A DNA stretch of 57,237 nucleotides from Candidatus Hadarchaeota archaeon (GCA_964621445.1 CAZUNO010000005.1:1-57237); one strand, 5' to 3'; shown: positions 19,092 to 28,307, counted from the stretch's first letter. A program made the numbers and translations. Notes: generated from the letters alone by a model not told the origin.

Positions 19092-19967
19092 ATGAAGGAC
19101 ACGGGATCTTGGAACCATAGGAAGGGCATGGTCAGAAGGCTTTCCAGGATATTTGCCCCCGACGGCCGAGGCCTGATAATCGCCGCCGACCATAGACAAC
19201 GCGGGATACAGGAGGGCATGGAAAATTTCGGGGATTTCGCGGATCGTATATTGTCGGTAATCCCCTACTCGGACGCCCTGGTCACCACCAAGGAGCCCCT
19301 GGCCCATCTGATCACCCACCACCCAGCGGTCACCGCGGGGACCGGGCTGTTGCTGTCCCTGAACCGGACCGGTCTCTCCGGATCATCCTTCGAGCTTGAC
19401 GACAGGCCGGTTGTGGGGCCGAAAACGGCCGTGAAATGGGGCTTGGAGGGAGCCAAGCTACTGCTGAGGATAAACCCTTCCCGTGAGGAGACCAACTCCC
19501 AGCTATCCATGTGCCGGAACGTATGCGATGAATGCGACCGCCTCGACCTGCCCCTGATAATCGAGCCCCTTTACTGCGCGCCCCAAGGGGGTTCCCTCAA
19601 GGTTGACGATTCACCGCAGAGGATACGTTACTCGGCCATCATCGCCGCCGATTTCGGGGTTCCCGCCCTCAAAATACCCTACCCCTCGGGGCCGGACAAG
19701 AAGGCCAGGCAGGAGAGTTTCCGGGATATATTGGGATCGGTTAACTCCAGGGTATTCGTACTGGGAGGAAGGAAGTCCTCGCTGGAGAGCTTCCTGGCAA
19801 AGGTCCACGAGGCCATTCAAGCTGGAGCCTCGGGCCTGGTCATCGGGCGTAACGTCCTTCTCGACGACAACCCCCCGCTAGTGGCCTGCGCCCTTAGAAA
19901 CATCGTGCACCGGGACCAGGACCCAAAAACGGCCTTGAAAGGTGCGAGGTCGGAGGTCTCCGGTTGA
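19092..19967 (+). CDS. DeoC/LacD-superfamily class I aldolase (Cgl0159-like)
   Basis: [55 protein letters not shown]. Confidence 0.8.
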   Translation: MKDTGSWNHRKGMVRRLSRIFAPDGRGLIIAADHRQRGIQEGMENFGDFADRILSVIPYSDALVTTKEPLAHLITHHPAVTAGTGLLLSLNRTGLSGSSFELDDRPVVGPKTAVKWGLEGAKLLLRINPSREETNSQLSMCRNVCDECDRLDLPLIIEPLYCAPQGGSLKVDDSPQRIRYSAIIAADFGVPALKIPYPSGPDKKARQESFRDILGSVNSRVFVLGGRKSSLESFLAKVHEAIQAGASGLVIGRNVLLDDNPPLVACALRNIVHRDQDPKTALKGARSEVSG

Positions 19968-20545
19968 CCACGGATTACCGGGCCCACCCCACGGCCATAG
20001 TCTCCGACCAGGCCACCATAGGGAAGGAGACCAGGATATGGCACCACGCCCAGGTGCGAGAGGAGGCGGTCATCGGGGACCGTTGCATACTCGGGAAATC
20101 GGTATACGTTGACAAGGCGGTGAGGATAGGCTCCGGGGTCAAGATCCAGAACCGGGCCTCGATCTACCAGGGAGTGACCATAGAGGACGAGGTGTTCGTG
20201 GGGCCCCACGTGGCCTTTACCAACGACAAGTACCCCAGAGCCTTCTCATCCAGCTGGGAGATAGTACCCACCCTGGTCAAAAAAGGAGCATCCATAGGGG
20301 CCAACTCCACAATAATCTGCGGAATCACCATAGGGGAATACGCCCTGGTCGGGGCCGGCTCGGTGGTAACCCGGGACGTCCCCTCCCAGGTCCTGGTCCA
20401 CGGAAACCCGGCAAAACCGGTGGCCTATGTCTGCAAATGTGGCCATCCCCTGCGGCCCATAGAAGAGGATTCCCGTAAGGTGACCATCGAATGTCCCAGG
20501 TGCGGAAGTGAAAACCGGATCCCACCCTCCGTTTCGAAAATGTAA
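19964..20545 (+). CDS. Hexapeptide-repeat acyltransferase (WbpD/WlbB-like) with C-terminal zinc ribbon
   Basis: [39 protein letters not shown]; CKCG...CPRCG. Confidence 0.88.
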   Translation: MTTDYRAHPTAIVSDQATIGKETRIWHHAQVREEAVIGDRCILGKSVYVDKAVRIGSGVKIQNRASIYQGVTIEDEVFVGPHVAFTNDKYPRAFSSSWEIVPTLVKKGASIGANSTIICGITIGEYALVGAGSVVTRDVPSQVLVHGNPAKPVAYVCKCGHPLRPIEEDSRKVTIECPRCGSENRIPPSVSKM

Positions 20546-20583
20546 TAAGCCCTCCCGCCAAGTATTTCAGCGGGAATCAGGAA

Positions 20584-20931
20584 ATGAGCCATCAAACCGG
20601 AAAGGACAAGAAGCTAAAGGCCAACGTAAAGCGGGACAAACAAGCAGCGTTCTCCACCGACGTTCTGGTGAACCATTCTCCCACCGAATTCAGGATGACC
20701 TTCTTCGATACCTGGGCCACCAGGAAGACCCCCTCCGGGGGTATACAGCAGAGGAAGGACGTGGTTGCCGAGGTAGTGCTAACCCCGGAACATTTCAAGA
20801 GACTATGCAAGGCCATAAACGATAACCTTCAGAAATATGAATCGAGATTCGGGGACATATCATTCTCCAAGGCCGATACCCAAGGCCCCGAGCAGTCCAT
20901 GGGGGAGACCGAAAGCTCCGCCTACAGATAG
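20584..20931 (+). CDS. DUF3467-like protein
   Basis: FSTDVLVNHSPTEFRMTF...VVLTPEHFKRL...NLQKYESRFGDI pattern. Confidence 0.75.
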   Translation: MSHQTGKDKKLKANVKRDKQAAFSTDVLVNHSPTEFRMTFFDTWATRKTPSGGIQQRKDVVAEVVLTPEHFKRLCKAINDNLQKYESRFGDISFSKADTQGPEQSMGETESSAYR

Positions 20932-20999
20932 CGTCGTTCACATGTGAACGATAGAATTAAGTCCTCTGAACGGACATACACCCCGTCGAGGTGAATTAT

Positions 21000-21254
21000 A
21001 TGAGCGAAGGAATGTCTGACCCGGAGGAGTTGGCCGGCGTCTTTAGCGCCCTGAGGGAGCAAGTCCCGGGGTTGATCGAGGATATCATGGACGCGGTTTA
21101 CTCGCCGGAAAGAGCGGAGAAGATGGCGAAGTCCGTCGCAACCTTCTACAAGACCCTGATAGAGAACGGGATAGACGAGCAGGATGCCCTGGAGATGTCC
21201 AAGGGCCTGGTAATAGACTTCAGAAAGATCTTCCAATCATTCCGCAAGGAATAG
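21000..21254 (+). CDS. Small helical hypothetical protein
   Basis: GAGGTGA SD before ATG 21000; first gene of a tight three-gene unit. Confidence 0.75.
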   Translation: MSEGMSDPEELAGVFSALREQVPGLIEDIMDAVYSPERAEKMAKSVATFYKTLIENGIDEQDALEMSKGLVIDFRKIFQSFRKE

Positions 21255-21272
21255 GAGCCGGGTAGACAAGTC

Positions 21273-21515
21273 ATGTCAATTTCATCCAGCTTGGGAAAGG
21301 CCCTTTCCTGTGTTCGACCGGTACTGGGGCTGGTGACCGAGGTCAGCAAGGCGGCCATCATGCATAATACCCGCAAGAACCGGTCGAAGAAGAGGTTCAG
21401 AGAGGTATTGAGCCGACAGGACCTGCCACCCCAGGTGGTGGCCGAGCTATCGCGCAGATACGACGAATCACTTCCGAGCATAAGGGAAATCGTGAGAGAC
21501 CGTGGCCGACGATGA
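21273..21515 (+). CDS. Small basic hypothetical protein
   Basis: 80-aa ORF filling the gap between co-oriented neighbours. Confidence 0.6.
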   Translation: MSISSSLGKALSCVRPVLGLVTEVSKAAIMHNTRKNRSKKRFREVLSRQDLPPQVVAELSRRYDESLPSIREIVRDRGRR

Positions 21516-21948
21516 AAGACTGGGAGAGGTGGAATCACAGCTAGACAGGTTGGAGAACAGGCTGGAGACCATAGAGAAGCTGCTCAGCTCCCAGACGGCG
21601 GACATGGACCAGGTAAGGAACCTCTTCGCTTTTTTCAGGGGCAGCCTGCGCTTCTACGACGAGGTCTCCCACATGCTATCCTACATCTCAAGCTTTCAGA
21701 AGGTCAACAAACACGGGTGGATTTCAAAGGACCCCTTGGCCAAGGCCATTCTCACAGACCTGGCCCGAAGGGGGCCCAGGAACATATCCCAGCTCACCCG
21801 CGACATGAGGGAGCTCAGAGGAACCGCCTCCAGGCGTGTGGTATCGGAAAGAGTGGATAGACTCATCGATTGTGGCATAATTGAGGAGGAAAGGTCGGGA
21901 AGCAGCCGCATGCTGCGTCTGGGAGAGGACGGTTCGGGGAAATCCTGA
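21502..21948 (+). CDS. Coiled-coil plus winged-HTH transcriptional regulator
   Basis: N-terminal heptads (VESQLDRLENRLETIEKLL); C-terminal GPRNISQLTR...ASRRVVSERVDRLIDCGII wHTH. Confidence 0.75.
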   Translation: MADDERLGEVESQLDRLENRLETIEKLLSSQTADMDQVRNLFAFFRGSLRFYDEVSHMLSYISSFQKVNKHGWISKDPLAKAILTDLARRGPRNISQLTRDMRELRGTASRRVVSERVDRLIDCGIIEEERSGSSRMLRLGEDGSGKS

Positions 21949-21980
21949 CCTCTCCCAGCCTGCCAGGAGCTGTCAAGAAA

Positions 21981-22391
21981 GTGCCCAGAGACCAGGAGAG
22001 CTACCAGGGCCTACGCGATATCCTCAGTACCCTAGAGTCCCTGCCCCCCGACGCGGCAATATTGGTGGAGGGAAAGAAGGACGAGAGGTGTCTGAGGAGA
22101 ATGGGCATCAGTACCGACATCATACGCACCAATTCATCCCAGAGCCTCCACCAGCAGCTGACTCCATATAGCGAGCTGGTCATACTCACCGATTACGATC
22201 GCCAGGGAAAACAGCTGGCCCGGGAGGCTGAGGTCATGGCAAGGGCATTTGGCGTGGAGCCGAACCTCCAGCCGAGAAAAAAATTACGTAGACTCACCGG
22301 GGGAGACCTGGCCCATATCGAGGGTCTATATACATACATGATGAATCTGAAGGCCGAGCTCTACGGTCCCTGGCAGCCAAAACGATCCTAG
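21981..22391 (+). CDS. Small stand-alone TOPRIM domain protein (UPF0292-like)
   Basis: ILVEGKKD and ILTDYDRQG motifs, C-terminal HIEGL. Confidence 0.88.
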   Translation: MPRDQESYQGLRDILSTLESLPPDAAILVEGKKDERCLRRMGISTDIIRTNSSQSLHQQLTPYSELVILTDYDRQGKQLAREAEVMARAFGVEPNLQPRKKLRRLTGGDLAHIEGLYTYMMNLKAELYGPWQPKRS

Positions 22392-22449
22392 GGCCGTGAA
22401 CCCCACGTTAGAGATATAAACCACCAGACATCCGCTGCATCGGATTCAT

Positions 22450-22761
22450 TTGGAGAGGATGAAGAGACAGCCTGCAGTCGAGAGAAGGATAAGCGAGGTC
22501 AGCGACTCCGACACCATGGTCAGGATCCTGGGCACGGTGCTGGATATCGGAGACGGTGACTTTACGCTGGACGATGGTGAGGGCCAGATAGTGGTCATAT
22601 CCGACCCCCAGAAGGTTGAGAACCTCTCGGAGGGACAGCGGGTGAGGGTCATCGGTAGGATTTTTAAAGATCCTGAACCGGTCCTGCAAGGGGAAGTAAT
22701 ACAGGATATGAGTAAGCTAGATCTTGACCTGTACAGAAAGGTGAGGAGACTGCTGGAGTGA
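22450..22761 (+). CDS. Small OB-fold protein (RPA small subunit/RepA-like)
   Basis: RQPAVERRISE, VRILGTV, LDDGEG, VRVIGR, IQDMSKLDLDLY; directly upstream of PCNA. Confidence 0.75.
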   Translation: MERMKRQPAVERRISEVSDSDTMVRILGTVLDIGDGDFTLDDGEGQIVVISDPQKVENLSEGQRVRVIGRIFKDPEPVLQGEVIQDMSKLDLDLYRKVRRLLE

Positions 22762-22785
22762 TCTCTCCCAGACTTGGTGTTTCAG

Positions 22786-23532
22786 ATGTTTAAAGCAACC
22801 CTGCCGCAAGCGGCCGTTTGGAAAAGGTGTATAGATGCCATCTCTACCCTGATAGAGGAGGGCATCTTCTCCGTTAACGAGAATAAGATACGTTTTAACT
22901 CCATGGACCCGGCGAGGATATCCATGGTGGACTTCGAACTCAACTCGGAGGCCTTCGAGAACTACGAGATCGACGCTCCCAAGAATATCGGCGTCAACCT
23001 GGAGGACATGAACAAGATGCTTCGAAGGGCCCGGGCAGGTGACAGGTTGGAGATGCACCTCGATGAACAGACAAACCGCTTCGTCCTCGCCTTCCAGGGC
23101 ATATCGGTGACCACCTTCAGCATCCCCCTCCTCGACCTAGGGGAGACAAAGTCCCCCAGCCCCCAGATCTCCTTCATGGCCAATGTGAGGATGGAGGCAG
23201 GGGTACTGGCCGAGGCCCTGAAGGACGTGGGCATAGTGGGTGATCACGTCACCCTTCGGGCAACCCCGGACTTCCTGAGGTTTGAGAGCGAGAGCGACGT
23301 GGAGAGCGTCAATGTCAGGCTGAACAAGCAGAGCGAGGGCGTGGCCAACATGGAGGTCAAGGAGGAGTGCCACTCCATCTATATAATATCCTACCTACAG
23401 AACATGCTGAAGGCCGCCGAGAGCACGGACCTGGTGGAATTCGAGTTCGGCGATGACCTTCCTCTAAAGCTCACCGCCCCCCTGGAGGACGGAAAGATAT
23501 CCTTCCTGCTGGCACCCAGGGTCGAGGATTAG
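22786..23532 (+). CDS. pcn: DNA polymerase sliding clamp PCNA
   Basis: MFKATL, IDAISTLIEEG, SMDPARISMVDF, C-terminal FLLAPRVED. Confidence 0.96.
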   Translation: MFKATLPQAAVWKRCIDAISTLIEEGIFSVNENKIRFNSMDPARISMVDFELNSEAFENYEIDAPKNIGVNLEDMNKMLRRARAGDRLEMHLDEQTNRFVLAFQGISVTTFSIPLLDLGETKSPSPQISFMANVRMEAGVLAEALKDVGIVGDHVTLRATPDFLRFESESDVESVNVRLNKQSEGVANMEVKEECHSIYIISYLQNMLKAAESTDLVEFEFGDDLPLKLTAPLEDGKISFLLAPRVED

Positions 23533-23578
23533 GTCTTTGAATAGAATTTTATACCCTGGATAGCACCCGAGTCCGACC

Positions 23579-24223
23579 TTGATTAGCTACCAGGATGCGA
23601 AGAGGGCATGGCTGGAGGAGATTCTCTCCGAAAAATTACAGCCCATAGAGGATGGTTTCCTGGGCGAGCTATCCAGCACCCTGGCCAAAATAGAGAACAC
23701 CCTGTCCGAGTGCCAGGGAAAGGAACCCCGAAGATCGCTTCTGGAGGCCGAGAAGCTCAGGATGGAGAAATTCCTGGGCCAGCTCATCAGGATCCGTACC
23801 GCCAAACTATTGTCCCAGGCGGCGGAGGGAAAACGGCCTAAAGCGCTCACCGAAACTGAAAAGAAGCTCTTTGAAAACGTCAGCCAACAAATAGAGTGCC
23901 ATGAGAAAAGATTTTATAAGATTCCCGAGGAGGAGGAAGGCAGCCTTGCTCCGGAGGTTATACCCGAGCAACCCCCGGAACGGCCGGATAAGGAGGAGGA
24001 AAGGGCGGATTCAAGGGAAATCAGCCAGGAACCTCCGGACGTTGAGGCCGATAGGAACAGGATAATAGCCATTACCTCCGACTTTCCACGGTTCGTAGGA
24101 CCGGATCTTAGGGAATACGGACCTTTCAAAGGGGAAGACCTGGTCAGTGTACCCGATGAGGTGTCAGAGATAATCCTAAACAGGAACATAGGCAGGCAAA
24201 TAGAGAGTGGTGACGAGAATTGA
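23579..24223 (+). CDS. GINS subunit (Gins51/Gins15 type)
   Basis: Helical A domain plus C-terminal B domain FPRFVGPDLREYGPFKGEDLVSVP; conserved position between PCNA and L44e. Confidence 0.82.
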   Translation: MISYQDAKRAWLEEILSEKLQPIEDGFLGELSSTLAKIENTLSECQGKEPRRSLLEAEKLRMEKFLGQLIRIRTAKLLSQAAEGKRPKALTETEKKLFENVSQQIECHEKRFYKIPEEEEGSLAPEVIPEQPPERPDKEEERADSREISQEPPDVEADRNRIIAITSDFPRFVGPDLREYGPFKGEDLVSVPDEVSEIILNRNIGRQIESGDEN

Positions 24224-24513
24224 AGATGCCAAGAAGGATCAACATGTACTGCCCCAACTGCGGAAAGCATACGACTCACACGGTATCGCACGCCCGTAGG
24301 AGAAAGAGGGGCGAAATGAGAAAAGGACACAGGAGATTTCGAAGGAAGGTAAAGCCCAGCGGGGAGACCCGAGGTGCCAGAGGATTCCCGAAATCCTCCC
24401 AGAAAAGCCAGAAGCCGACCAAGAAGCAGGATCTGAGATATAGGTGCAATGAGTGCAACAAGTCCCAGACCAAACCCTGCTTTAGAGCCAAGACCCTTGA
24501 ATTCACTGATTAG
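24220..24513 (+). CDS. rpl44e: 50S ribosomal protein L44e (eL42)
   Basis: YCPNCGKHTTHTV, KPTKK.DLRYRCNECNK. Confidence 0.95.
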   Translation: MKMPRRINMYCPNCGKHTTHTVSHARRRKRGEMRKGHRRFRRKVKPSGETRGARGFPKSSQKSQKPTKKQDLRYRCNECNKSQTKPCFRAKTLEFTD

Positions 24514-24523
24514 GAGGATTTTG

Positions 24524-24724
24524 ATGGACGACAGATTAGAGAGACATATCGTAATGCCAAAGTCCCGCTTTCTGAAGGTACGCTGTTCGAGCTGCGGGAA
24601 CGAGCAGGTCATATTCGGCTCTCCTGCCACCCTGGTGAAATGCATGGTTTGCGAGAATACCCTCGCCGCTCCCCGTTCGGGAAAAGGGGATATCTCAACC
24701 AACATAGTAGAGGTACTGGAATAA
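24524..24724 (+). CDS. rps27e: 30S ribosomal protein S27e
   Basis: PKSRFLKVRCSSCGNEQVIF...VKCMVC; AGGAGG SD before ATG 24524. Confidence 0.95.
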   Translation: MDDRLERHIVMPKSRFLKVRCSSCGNEQVIFGSPATLVKCMVCENTLAAPRSGKGDISTNIVEVLE

Positions 24725-24737
24725 AGAAGGTGATTAG

Positions 24738-25538
24738 ATGTCAACAAAGGACCAGGAATGGCCAAGGGAAGGCGAGGTGGTAATGTGTACCGTCCAGAAT
24801 ATAGAGAAATTCGGCGCCTTCGTCAGCCTTGACGAATACGGAGGAAAGGAAGGTTTTATCCACATATCAGAGGTTTCCACTAACTGGGTCAAGAACATAC
24901 GGAACTTCTTCCGAGAGGGCCGAAAAGTCGTGGTAAAGGCACTCAGAATCGACAAGTCCAAGCAACAGGTCGATCTTTCCCTAAAGAGGGTGACGGACCA
25001 GCAGAGAAAGTACAAGGTCCAGCAAAGGAAGCAGATGCAGAAGTCCAACAAACTGCTGGAGATGGCGGCGGAGAACCTGGGCAAGACCATGGAAGATTCC
25101 CGGGAAGAGGTCCGGGCCAAGATACTGGAAAATTACCCCGACCTATACTCGGGGTTCGAGGACGTAATTAGATCGGGAAAGGAGATACTCGCCGAGGCCG
25201 ATATCGACGAGGAATGGATCGAGGAGCTGTTACCAATAATTACCTCCAATGTCGAGCTTCCAGAGGTTAGCATCAGCGGGGAGATCTCCCTCCAGATACG
25301 CGGTCCCAGAGGAGTGGAGACTTTGAAGCAAGCTTTGGAGACGATCGGAAGTCCCGTTGACGGAAACGGCAAGGACAAGGTGAACGTAAAGGTCATAGGG
25401 CCTCCCAAATACAAGATGACCGTGACCTCCGAGGACTACAAGACGGCGGAGGACATCATCCAGGACAAGATAGATGAGGCCAAGGAGTTCCTCCAACCCT
25501 ACGAGCACAGCTTCGATTTCACTCGGAAAGAAAAGTGA
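24738..25538 (+). CDS. eif2a: Translation initiation factor aIF-2 alpha subunit
   Basis: S1 domain WPREGEVVMCTV, GAFVSLDEY, FIHISEV, VDLSLKRV; GPPKY, DYKTAE. Confidence 0.95.
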   Translation: MSTKDQEWPREGEVVMCTVQNIEKFGAFVSLDEYGGKEGFIHISEVSTNWVKNIRNFFREGRKVVVKALRIDKSKQQVDLSLKRVTDQQRKYKVQQRKQMQKSNKLLEMAAENLGKTMEDSREEVRAKILENYPDLYSGFEDVIRSGKEILAEADIDEEWIEELLPIITSNVELPEVSISGEISLQIRGPRGVETLKQALETIGSPVDGNGKDKVNVKVIGPPKYKMTVTSEDYKTAEDIIQDKIDEAKEFLQPYEHSFDFTRKEK

Positions 25539-25546
25539 AATGAGAT

Positions 25547-25714
25547 ATGAAGAAGCTTAAGATCTGCAATTCATGTGAAAGCTACACCCTGAGCGATACC
25601 TGTAGCCAATGCGGGAGCGGTACATCAAATCCGCACCCCCCTAAATTCTCGCCCAAGGACAAGTACGGCAAGTACCGCCGTATGCTTAAGCGGAGAAGGG
25701 AGACCGAAGATTGA
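25547..25714 (+). CDS. nop10: H/ACA RNP protein Nop10 (55 aa, absent from the ORF track)
   Basis: Hand translation MKKLKICNSCESYTLSDTCSQCGSGTSNPHPPKFSPKDKYGKYRRMLK; conserved gene order after aIF2alpha. Confidence 0.95.
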   Translation: MKKLKICNSCESYTLSDTCSQCGSGTSNPHPPKFSPKDKYGKYRRMLKRRRETED

Positions 25715-26484
25715 AGGATTTCGAAATCAGCCTGGACAGGGAACCCCAGTTGGATAGCCCAATACTAATAGAAGGACTTCCGGGGGTGGGAAACGTGGGA
25801 AGGCTTTGCGCAGAACACATGACCAAGGTCTTTCAGGCAGAGGAAATCGGACATCTATACTCCACATCATTTCCCCATCAGGTTCAAACTCTCCAGGATG
25901 CCACCGTCCAGCGCATGGGAAACCCCCTGCATGCGTGTGGGGAGCCAAGGGAGATGATCATCCTGTCCGGGGACATGCAGCCCCTGCCAACCCACTTTCA
26001 GAGCCATTATGAGATGGCCTGGACCATCATAGACTTCTCCAAGGAAAGGAATGTGGAGATGATGATGAGTCTGGGTGGATACTCTTCACAGCCAGACGAG
26101 GGGTCGAGAAAGGTCCAGGCAGTGTTTTCCAGCCCCGAGCTGGCCCATAAGCTAGGTGAACTTGACCTAGACCTGGAAAAACCGGAGACCGGGACCCCCA
26201 TAGTTGGCATTTCCGGCCTGGTACCAGCCCTATCCCCCCGTCAGGGCATCGATTCCATTTGTCTACTCGGCGAATCGGAGGAAAAGATGAAACCCGATGT
26301 GGAGGCGGCGAGCCAGGTCCTAAACAGGATATCCGCCATACTTGAGGTGGAGATAGACCTCTCTAGCCTCGAGGACTCGGCCAAATCAATAGAGAAGGAG
26401 ATGGACGACATCATCGAGAGGGTACAGAGGATGGGAAAGATCAAACTCAACCTCGGCGAAAGCGGCGAACACTATATACACTGA
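25711..26484 (+). CDS. Proteasome assembly chaperone (PAC2/PbaA-PbaB family)
   Basis: ILIEGLPGVGNVG, SLGGY, IVGISGL, CLLGES. Confidence 0.9.
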   Translation: MKDFEISLDREPQLDSPILIEGLPGVGNVGRLCAEHMTKVFQAEEIGHLYSTSFPHQVQTLQDATVQRMGNPLHACGEPREMIILSGDMQPLPTHFQSHYEMAWTIIDFSKERNVEMMMSLGGYSSQPDEGSRKVQAVFSSPELAHKLGELDLDLEKPETGTPIVGISGLVPALSPRQGIDSICLLGESEEKMKPDVEAASQVLNRISAILEVEIDLSSLEDSAKSIEKEMDDIIERVQRMGKIKLNLGESGEHYIH

Positions 26485-26549
26485 GCCGGGGATGGATCTC
26501 CGCAAACGATTTATATGAAAAACCGATTCATCGGGTCGGAGGAATAAAC

Positions 26550-26729
26550 GTGATCCGGATCAACCTCAACAGATGCCTGAGATGTGGGGCATGTGCGGCC
26601 GTATGCCCGAAGGATGCTATACAGATATCCGAGTTTAACGTGGAGTACGATCGGGAAAGGTGCAATACCTGCCTTATCTGCGTTAAGACCTGCCCCTTGG
26701 GGGCAATTGATCAAGGGGAGGGAGATTAG
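26550..26729 (+). CDS. 2x[4Fe-4S] ferredoxin (59 aa, absent from the ORF track)
   Basis: GGAGG SD, GTG start; CLRCGACAAVCP and CNTCLICVKTCP; TTTATATG box near 26510. Confidence 0.92.
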   Translation: MIRINLNRCLRCGACAAVCPKDAIQISEFNVEYDRERCNTCLICVKTCPLGAIDQGEGD

Positions 26730-27911
26730 TTGGAGAGCACGGATCTAGTGGTAATTGGCGCCGGCCCCGCCGGGTCAACCACGGCACGTTTTGCCGCCGG
26801 GAACGGTGCCCGAACGGTGGTCCTGGAGAAACGGGCCGAGATAGGGGAGCCCGTCCAGTGCGCCGAGGGGGTCCCGGCCGAGAGCTTAGAAAGTGTGGGT
26901 ATCCCGGAGGGAAGATGGACGGCCAAGAAGATAGATGACGTAAGGATAATCTCTCCATCGGGCATATCCCTAGATCTACAGGATAAGATGAAGGGATTTG
27001 ACTTCGGCTACGTCCTGGAGAGGAAGATATTCGATAAGTACCTCTCGAGCCTGGCGGCCAAGGCCGGGGCAAGCATCAAGCTCTGTTCCCGTGCGGTGGG
27101 GATTGAGAGAAGAAACGGCCGGGTCGTGGTCTCCTACCAGGAGTTCGGGGAGCCCAAAAAGATAGAGGCCAAACTGGTCGTCGGCGCCGACGGGGTGATG
27201 TCCAAGGTTGGGAGATGGGCCGGATTCGATACCTATCTGGGTCCCAATGATATAGAATCGGGGGTCGAGTACGAGATGACGGGAATAGATGCCGGTGACA
27301 TGATCCAGATGTTCTTCGGTAGGTGCTATGCACCTGGAGGCTACGCATGGATCTTCCCCAAATCCAGGACCAGGGCCAACGTCGGGCTGGCGGTGATACC
27401 TAGCAAGGCCGAGCGCCCGGCATGCGATTATCTTGACGAATTCATCCAAAACCCGATCCTGGGAGATAGGATGGAAGGGGGATCCATAATAGAGATCAAG
27501 GCCGGAGGGGTACCCATTACCGGTCCCCTGGAATCGGCGGTGGCGGACAACGTCATGCTGGTTGGAGATGCCGCCAGACAGGTTAACCCCATAACCGGGG
27601 GCGGAGTCAGCTCATCTCTGGCATGTGGTAAGATCGCGGGCGAGGTGGCCGCGGAGGTATTGGAGGGAAAGGACTTCTCCTCCCAGGCCCTGAAAATTTA
27701 CGACGAACGCTGGATCGAGGAAGTTGGTAACTATCATAACAAGCTGTTGAAGGCCAAGGACGTGTACCTGGAGCTGAGCGACGAGGAACTTGACGAGATC
27801 GCTGAGAAGTTCAAGAACGCGGAGGGCGAGGACTTCACCACCCTGGGCCTCATTAAATCAATAACCCGCACCTCTCCCAAGCTGATGTGGAAGCTGAGGG
27901 GCGTACTGTAG
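26730..27911 (+). CDS. Digeranylgeranylglycerophospholipid reductase (geranylgeranyl reductase)
   Basis: GAGPAG FAD motif, PVQCAEG, GADG, PGGYAWIFPK, VGDAARQVNPITGGG. Confidence 0.93.
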   Translation: MESTDLVVIGAGPAGSTTARFAAGNGARTVVLEKRAEIGEPVQCAEGVPAESLESVGIPEGRWTAKKIDDVRIISPSGISLDLQDKMKGFDFGYVLERKIFDKYLSSLAAKAGASIKLCSRAVGIERRNGRVVVSYQEFGEPKKIEAKLVVGADGVMSKVGRWAGFDTYLGPNDIESGVEYEMTGIDAGDMIQMFFGRCYAPGGYAWIFPKSRTRANVGLAVIPSKAERPACDYLDEFIQNPILGDRMEGGSIIEIKAGGVPITGPLESAVADNVMLVGDAARQVNPITGGGVSSSLACGKIAGEVAAEVLEGKDFSSQALKIYDERWIEEVGNYHNKLLKAKDVYLELSDEELDEIAEKFKNAEGEDFTTLGLIKSITRTSPKLMWKLRGVL

Positions 27912-27918
27912 TGATAAT

Positions 27919-28284
27919 ATGGATGACATAGAGGAGATAAGAAGGCGCAAGATCCGCGAGATGCAGAAGAGGTTCAAGGAAAAGGAGGCCCAGCAGGCCC
28001 AGGAGGAGCAGAGACGCCAGGGACTGAACAGCATCCTGAACCAGGTGCTGACTGCTGAGGCCACCAAGTACCTTAAAACCATCAGGAGCAGCGACCAGAA
28101 GGTGGCCGAGAGGATAGAGGAGATAATCATCGCCCTGACCATCCGGGGAAGGATAAGAAGCAAGGTGGATAAGGTCATCGTCAAGGCCATAGAGAGGAAG
28201 GTCAAGGGAGTGGAGCCAAAGATCACCTTCATGCGCAAGGGAAAGAAGATGGAGATCTCGGAGAAGCTTCGGGAGGAAGACTAG
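27919..28284 (+). CDS. PDCD5/TFAR19-like dsDNA-binding protein
   Basis: DDIEEIRRRKIREMQ, ILNQVLTAEA..YL, VAERIEEIII. Confidence 0.82.
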   Translation: MDDIEEIRRRKIREMQKRFKEKEAQQAQEEQRRQGLNSILNQVLTAEATKYLKTIRSSDQKVAERIEEIIIALTIRGRIRSKVDKVIVKAIERKVKGVEPKITFMRKGKKMEISEKLREED

Positions 28285-28307
28285 AGCTGTCCGAACTCCT
28301 CGACCTG

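Noticed and set aside
19086-19094. In-frame TGA between the kinase and the aldolase as possible selenocysteine
   Set aside because: Both proteins are complete on their own, the TGA is part of the SD (GAGGAGTGA) of the next gene, and it is not at a Cys-like position
26727-26732. Ferredoxin TAG directly followed in frame by the GGR TTG, suggesting pyrrolysine or readthrough fusion
   Set aside because: A purine-rich SD (GGGGAGGGAG) precedes the TTG, ferredoxin-GGR gene pairs are a known arrangement, and no pyl genes are in view
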